Shown in pieces: positions 60,148-64,000 of a DNA stretch of 64,000 nt. This stretch comes from an uncultured Bacilli bacterium. Its GTDB lineage: Bacteria; Bacillota_I; Bacilli_A; RF39; UBA660. The stretch covers positions 5,737 through 69,736 of the forward strand of contig CALVRW010000011.1 of NCBI GenBank assembly GCA_944358795.1, given 5' to 3'. How positions within the stretch are numbered: position 1 is the stretch's first letter; every line of letters begins with the position of its first letter. A program made the translations under genes and the position numbers. Below the pieces are notes generated by a model. The model did not search any database. It had not been told where the DNA came from and was given only the letters and a program-made list of their open reading frames with translations.

Positions 60148-60993
60148 GTGATTGGAAGAATTATAAAATTAATTAGTAATGATTATACGGTATTAATTGA
60201 AAATCAAGAGTACGTTTGTAAAAGTAGGGGGAAATTTCGTAATGAAAAAATATCGCCTAAAGTAGGAGATATGGTAAAAGTTGATACCGTAAATCATTAT
60301 ATTTTAGAGGTATTACCAAGAAAAAATGAATTAGTAAGACCACCAGTTAGTAATATTGATCAAGTGCTTATTATTACAAGTGTAAAACATCCTAATTTTT
60401 CTACGAACTTATTGGATAAATTATTAACGATTATTTCTTATCATAATATAGAACCAATTATCTGTTTTACAAAGTTAGATTTATTAAACGAAGAAGAATT
60501 AGAAATTATAAAAACATATCAAACTTATTATACAAAATATTATCAGGTTTATTCTAATACGGAAATAGAAAAAATTAAGGCATTGTTTGCTGATAAAATA
60601 ACCGTATTTACTGGTCAAAGTGGAGCTGGTAAAAGTACATTATTAAATCATTTAGATGAAAATTTAAATATTAAAACTGGTGAAATTTCCATGGCTTTAG
60701 GACGAGGAAAACATACGACTAGGCATGTGGAATTAATTCCTCTTTATGGAGGATACGTAGCTGATACACCAGGATTTTCTGATGTATCCTTTCTAGATAT
60801 GGAACCACAAGATATTCGCGATAATTTCGAAGATTTTCAAGAGTATCGTGATTCTTGTAAGTATAAAGATTGTCTTCATTATAAAGAAGATCATTGTAAA
60901 ATAAAAGAGTTAGTAAATACAGGTGAAATTTTACAAGATCGTTATGATAACTATATTAAATTTATTGAAAGTATTCCAAAAAAGAAGTATTAA
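60148..60993 (+). CDS. rsgA: Ribosome small-subunit-dependent GTPase A (RsgA/CpgA)
   Basis: Circularly permuted GTPase motifs FTGQSGAGKSTLLN and DTPGF, plus the C-terminal zinc-binding motif CKYKDCLHYKEDHC. Confidence 0.9.
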   Translation: MIGRIIKLISNDYTVLIENQEYVCKSRGKFRNEKISPKVGDMVKVDTVNHYILEVLPRKNELVRPPVSNIDQVLIITSVKHPNFSTNLLDKLLTIISYHNIEPIICFTKLDLLNEEELEIIKTYQTYYTKYYQVYSNTEIEKIKALFADKITVFTGQSGAGKSTLLNHLDENLNIKTGEISMALGRGKHTTRHVELIPLYGGYVADTPGFSDVSFLDMEPQDIRDNFEDFQEYRDSCKYKDCLHYKEDHCKIKELVNTGEILQDRYDNYIKFIESIPKKKY

Positions 60994-61003
60994 GGAGGAA
61001 CTT

Positions 61004-61636
61004 ATGAAAATTGCAACATCAGTATTATCTTGTTCTACTAAAATAGAAGATTGTATGACAGAGTTAAATCAAACAAGTTCTAACTATTTACATCTTGATG
61101 TGATGGATGGTAACTTTGTTTCTAATGATACCGTTGATATGATGGATGAAGTATTGAAATACAACCAGTTACCTCTTGATATTCATTTGATGGTAGAGGA
61201 TGTTGATGCGTATATTACAAAATATCAATCTTTTCATCCAACTTATATGACATTTCATATTGAAGCAAGTAAGGAAACTGAAAAGGTGATAAAACGAGTA
61301 AAAAGTTTCGGAATAAAAGTAGGGATTGCCTTAAATCCTGAAACTGAGATTTCTTTATTGGAACCTTTTCTAAAAGATATTGATTTAGTATTGGTAATGA
61401 GTGTAACTCCTGGAAAAGGTGGACAATCATTTAGACCAGAAGCATTAGAACATATTCGTTATTTGATTCAAAAAAGAGAAGAGAATGGATATCAATATGA
61501 AATTGAAGTAGATGGTGGAATTAAAGAAGATACAATTTCACTTGTATCTAATGTTGATATGGTTGTTAGTGGTTCTTATATTATAAATGGAATTTATGAA
61601 GAACAAATTCAGAAACTAAGAGAAAAGTGTAAATAA
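61004..61636 (+). CDS. rpe: Ribulose-phosphate 3-epimerase
   Basis: IATSVLSC…LHLDVMDGNFV…MSVTPGKGGQSF. RBS aaggagga. Confidence 0.9.
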   Translation: MKIATSVLSCSTKIEDCMTELNQTSSNYLHLDVMDGNFVSNDTVDMMDEVLKYNQLPLDIHLMVEDVDAYITKYQSFHPTYMTFHIEASKETEKVIKRVKSFGIKVGIALNPETEISLLEPFLKDIDLVLVMSVTPGKGGQSFRPEALEHIRYLIQKREENGYQYEIEVDGGIKEDTISLVSNVDMVVSGSYIINGIYEEQIQKLREKCK

Positions 61637-61714
61637 TCTTTACACTTTTTCTTTTCGTCATTTGACAGTTTGAATTTATATATAGTATACTACAAGTAAT
61701 AAGGGGATGTTAAT

Positions 61715-62200
61715 ATGAACGATGGATTAAATGTACATCAATTTAAAACTACAGATAGTCATTCATCTGTAAATGTGAATTATATCAATAAACCAGCAAC
61801 AAAAAAACTAGCAAAAAGAAAGCTTAGATTAGGTCGTATTATGGCCGTTATTGCAGTTGTTGGTGGAATTACTTGGCTTGGGGCGTCAGCTATAGACAGT
61901 CATAATTATGAACAAGTTGAACACCCAAGAGATACTTATGATACTGCTGAAGGAAAGTTAAAACATGGTCATGAATTAAATGAGAGAACATTTGTGCAAG
62001 ATTATAAGATTGTCAATGAAAATGCAACTGATCAAGATGTATTAGATGCGATTTATGCTGGAGAATATGATTATTATTTAGATCATGAAGGAAAAGTTCG
62101 AATTAATCGTGAATTACAAGGTGAAGCACCTAAAAATACTGATGTGATTGCTTTTTCTGAACAATTTTTAGAAGAACATGGTGGTAAAGGCAAAAGATAA
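61715..62200 (+). CDS. Membrane-anchored hypothetical protein
   Basis: A single TM (IMAVIAVVGGITWLGA) is followed by an acidic domain. Confidence 0.4.
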   Translation: MNDGLNVHQFKTTDSHSSVNVNYINKPATKKLAKRKLRLGRIMAVIAVVGGITWLGASAIDSHNYEQVEHPRDTYDTAEGKLKHGHELNERTFVQDYKIVNENATDQDVLDAIYAGEYDYYLDHEGKVRINRELQGEAPKNTDVIAFSEQFLEEHGGKGKR

Positions 62201-62361
62201 TAGATTATTTCTATTATTTTTTTTGTCGTATTTTGAAACGGAATTGTTTCATATAAGAAAAAGAAAACAAGAGTTTATAGTATTCTATTTTGGTGACAAA
62301 AATGTAATTGAAAATCATAGAGAAACATGGTATACTTATTTAAGTTACTAGAGGTGATTGA

Positions 62362-64000
62362 ATGGAAAGCATTAAAAAGAATTTTAATGATTTAATAGAA
62401 AAAACAAAGAAAAATTCCAAATCATACTTAAAAACGAATATTCTATTTATGACATTTGTTATTACATCTGTTTTAAATGGTTGTTTATTACGTTTTTTAA
62501 CAGTTAAGAATTATTTTGATTTTTATCCGATTCTTGCTGATTTAGCAGTTGCAGTGATTATCGGAGCATTTGGATATTTTATTAAACCAAAACATCAATT
62601 TAAATATTTTATGTTTTGGTCTATATTCTTTTCTGTTTTATGTATTATTAATTCGATGTATTATACGAATTATTTATCATTTGCATCGTTATCGCTATTA
62701 GAAACATCAACACAAATTGTAGATGTTGGGGATGCGGTTGTTGAAAATGTAATGGAATTAAAAGATTTTAGTTATTTATGGCAGATTTTTGCTTTAATAA
62801 TTGTAAATCAATCATTAAAAAAGAAAGATTATTTTACAAAGGTAAGTAAAATTGAAGTAGGAAAACTTAGAGCTTTAAATACACTAGTGGTTGGTCTAAT
62901 TTTTGTAGGATTTTTTATTTCAACATTAAGTAGCACCGATATTAGTCGATTAGGAAAACAGTGGAACCGTGAATATATTGTAATGCGTTTTGGTATTTAT
63001 ACTTATCAAATTAATGACGTTATTGCTAGTTTGAAGCCACAAATTAGTCCATTATTTGGATATGACGAGGCAGCAAAACATTTTAGAGAGTATTATGATA
63101 AAAGAGATAATGAACATGAAGAAAATGAGTATACGAATATGTTCAAGGGAAAGAATATATTAATGATTCATGCTGAAAGTATGCAGAATTTCTTATTAGA
63201 TACAGAATTCAATGGAAAACCAGTTACACCTAATTTAAAACGTTTGGCAAGTGAAGGATTGTATTTTTCTAACTTTTATGCTCAGGAAAGTGTTGGTACT
63301 TCAAGTGATAGTGAATTTACTTTAAATTCTTCCTTGATGCCAGCCAATAGCGGTACTGTTTTCGTATCTTATTGGGATAGAGAATATGTTACAATTCCTA
63401 AGTTATTAAAAGAAAAAGGGTACTATACATTTAGTATGCATGGTAACAATGGTAGTATGTGGAACCGTAATGTTGTACATCCAAGATTAGGATATGATAA
63501 ATTTTATAATTATAAAAATGATTTTAAAATCGATGAAGTAATTGGATTAGGTTTATCTGATAAATCGTTCTTTAGACAAGCAGTTCCTAAAATTAAGAAA
63601 ATTAACGAAACAAAACAAAATTTCTATGGAACTGTTATTATGTTAAGTAATCATACTCCTTGGAGTAAAAATTTAGATTTATTACCAGAATATGAAGTGG
63701 ATTATAAATATGAGAAGGTAAACGAAGAAACTGGAGAAAAAGAAATCGTTAGTGCTCCATATATGGAAGGAACGAAAATGGGAAATTACTTTAAATTTTC
63801 TCATTATGCCGATGAAGCGATTGGAGAATTTATCGATGGATTAGATGAAGCTGGAGTATTAGATGATACAGTAATCGTAATTTATGGGGATCATGATGCG
63901 AAGTTAAAGAAGAGTGAATTTGATCGTTTCTATAATTATGATCCATATACAGATTCTATCAAAGATGAATCTGATCCAACTTATGCCGATGTTGATTTCT
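62362..64000 (+). CDS. LtaS-family sulfatase (lipoteichoic acid synthase-like), 3' end beyond the window
   Basis: Five N-terminal TM segments are followed by the sulfatase domain ILMIHAESMQNFLL…SVGTSSDSEFTLNSSL. RBS agaggtga. Frame open to the window end. Confidence 0.8.
   Translation, partial: MESIKKNFNDLIEKTKKNSKSYLKTNILFMTFVITSVLNGCLLRFLTVKNYFDFYPILADLAVAVIIGAFGYFIKPKHQFKYFMFWSIFFSVLCIINSMYYTNYLSFASLSLLETSTQIVDVGDAVVENVMELKDFSYLWQIFALIIVNQSLKKKDYFTKVSKIEVGKLRALNTLVVGLIFVGFFISTLSSTDISRLGKQWNREYIVMRFGIYTYQINDVIASLKPQISPLFGYDEAAKHFREYYDKRDNEHEENEYTNMFKGKNILMIHAESMQNFLLDTEFNGKPVTPNLKRLASEGLYFSNFYAQESVGTSSDSEFTLNSSLMPANSGTVFVSYWDREYVTIPKLLKEKGYYTFSMHGNNGSMWNRNVVHPRLGYDKFYNYKNDFKIDEVIGLGLSDKSFFRQAVPKIKKINETKQNFYGTVIMLSNHTPWSKNLDLLPEYEVDYKYEKVNEETGEKEIVSAPYMEGTKMGNYFKFSHYADEAIGEFIDGLDEAGVLDDTVIVIYGDHDAKLKKSEFDRFYNYDPYTDSIKDESDPTYADVDF

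Overview
The window looks like an AT-rich chromosomal segment from a low-GC, endospore-forming Firmicute. The spore-former call is inference from content: a pro-sigma-K gene, a SpoIVCA-like large serine recombinase, a DacF/PBP5-type carboxypeptidase and a SipW-type signal peptidase; I cannot place the species more precisely. The right half is mostly housekeeping genes in largely Bacillus-like order. These are sepF-divIVA, then a T-box leader and a type-2-like ileS, then priA, fmt, secG, rlmN, prpC, prkC, rsgA and rpe. uvrA, scpA-scpB, tRNA-Leu(CAA) and deoD are also present. The left half is accessory and mobile-looking. Between 2.3 and 8.3 kb there is an island carrying a Fic protein, a large serine recombinase, a SWIM zinc-finger protein and mazEF. 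Two paralogous small Cys/His-rich peptide ORFs, spore-coat-like in flavour, bracket this island, and the right-hand one lacks a start codon. Next comes a minus-strand operon of three VanY-type D,D-carboxypeptidase paralogs around a P-type ATPase. After that a small secreted protein with a SipW-cognate-type signal peptide sits next to a polytopic membrane domain fused to a SipW-like signal peptidase, plus a bitopic membrane protein and a MacB-type ABC exporter. Other notable items follow. A 79-bp direct repeat of the sigK 3' end brackets a 1.8-kb lysogeny-module remnant (XRE, zinc-ribbon/TM2 protein, Ltp). Three prepilin-type proteins are dispersed in the window, and two of them share a C-terminal motif. 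A purine-rich tract with a perfect 30-bp palindrome lies between two of the pilin genes. There are two tandem M16 peptidase pairs and an orphan operon of an ankyrin-repeat protein plus a 943-aa unknown protein. No rRNA genes or CRISPR arrays were seen. All calls rest on reading motifs by eye; no database searches were possible.
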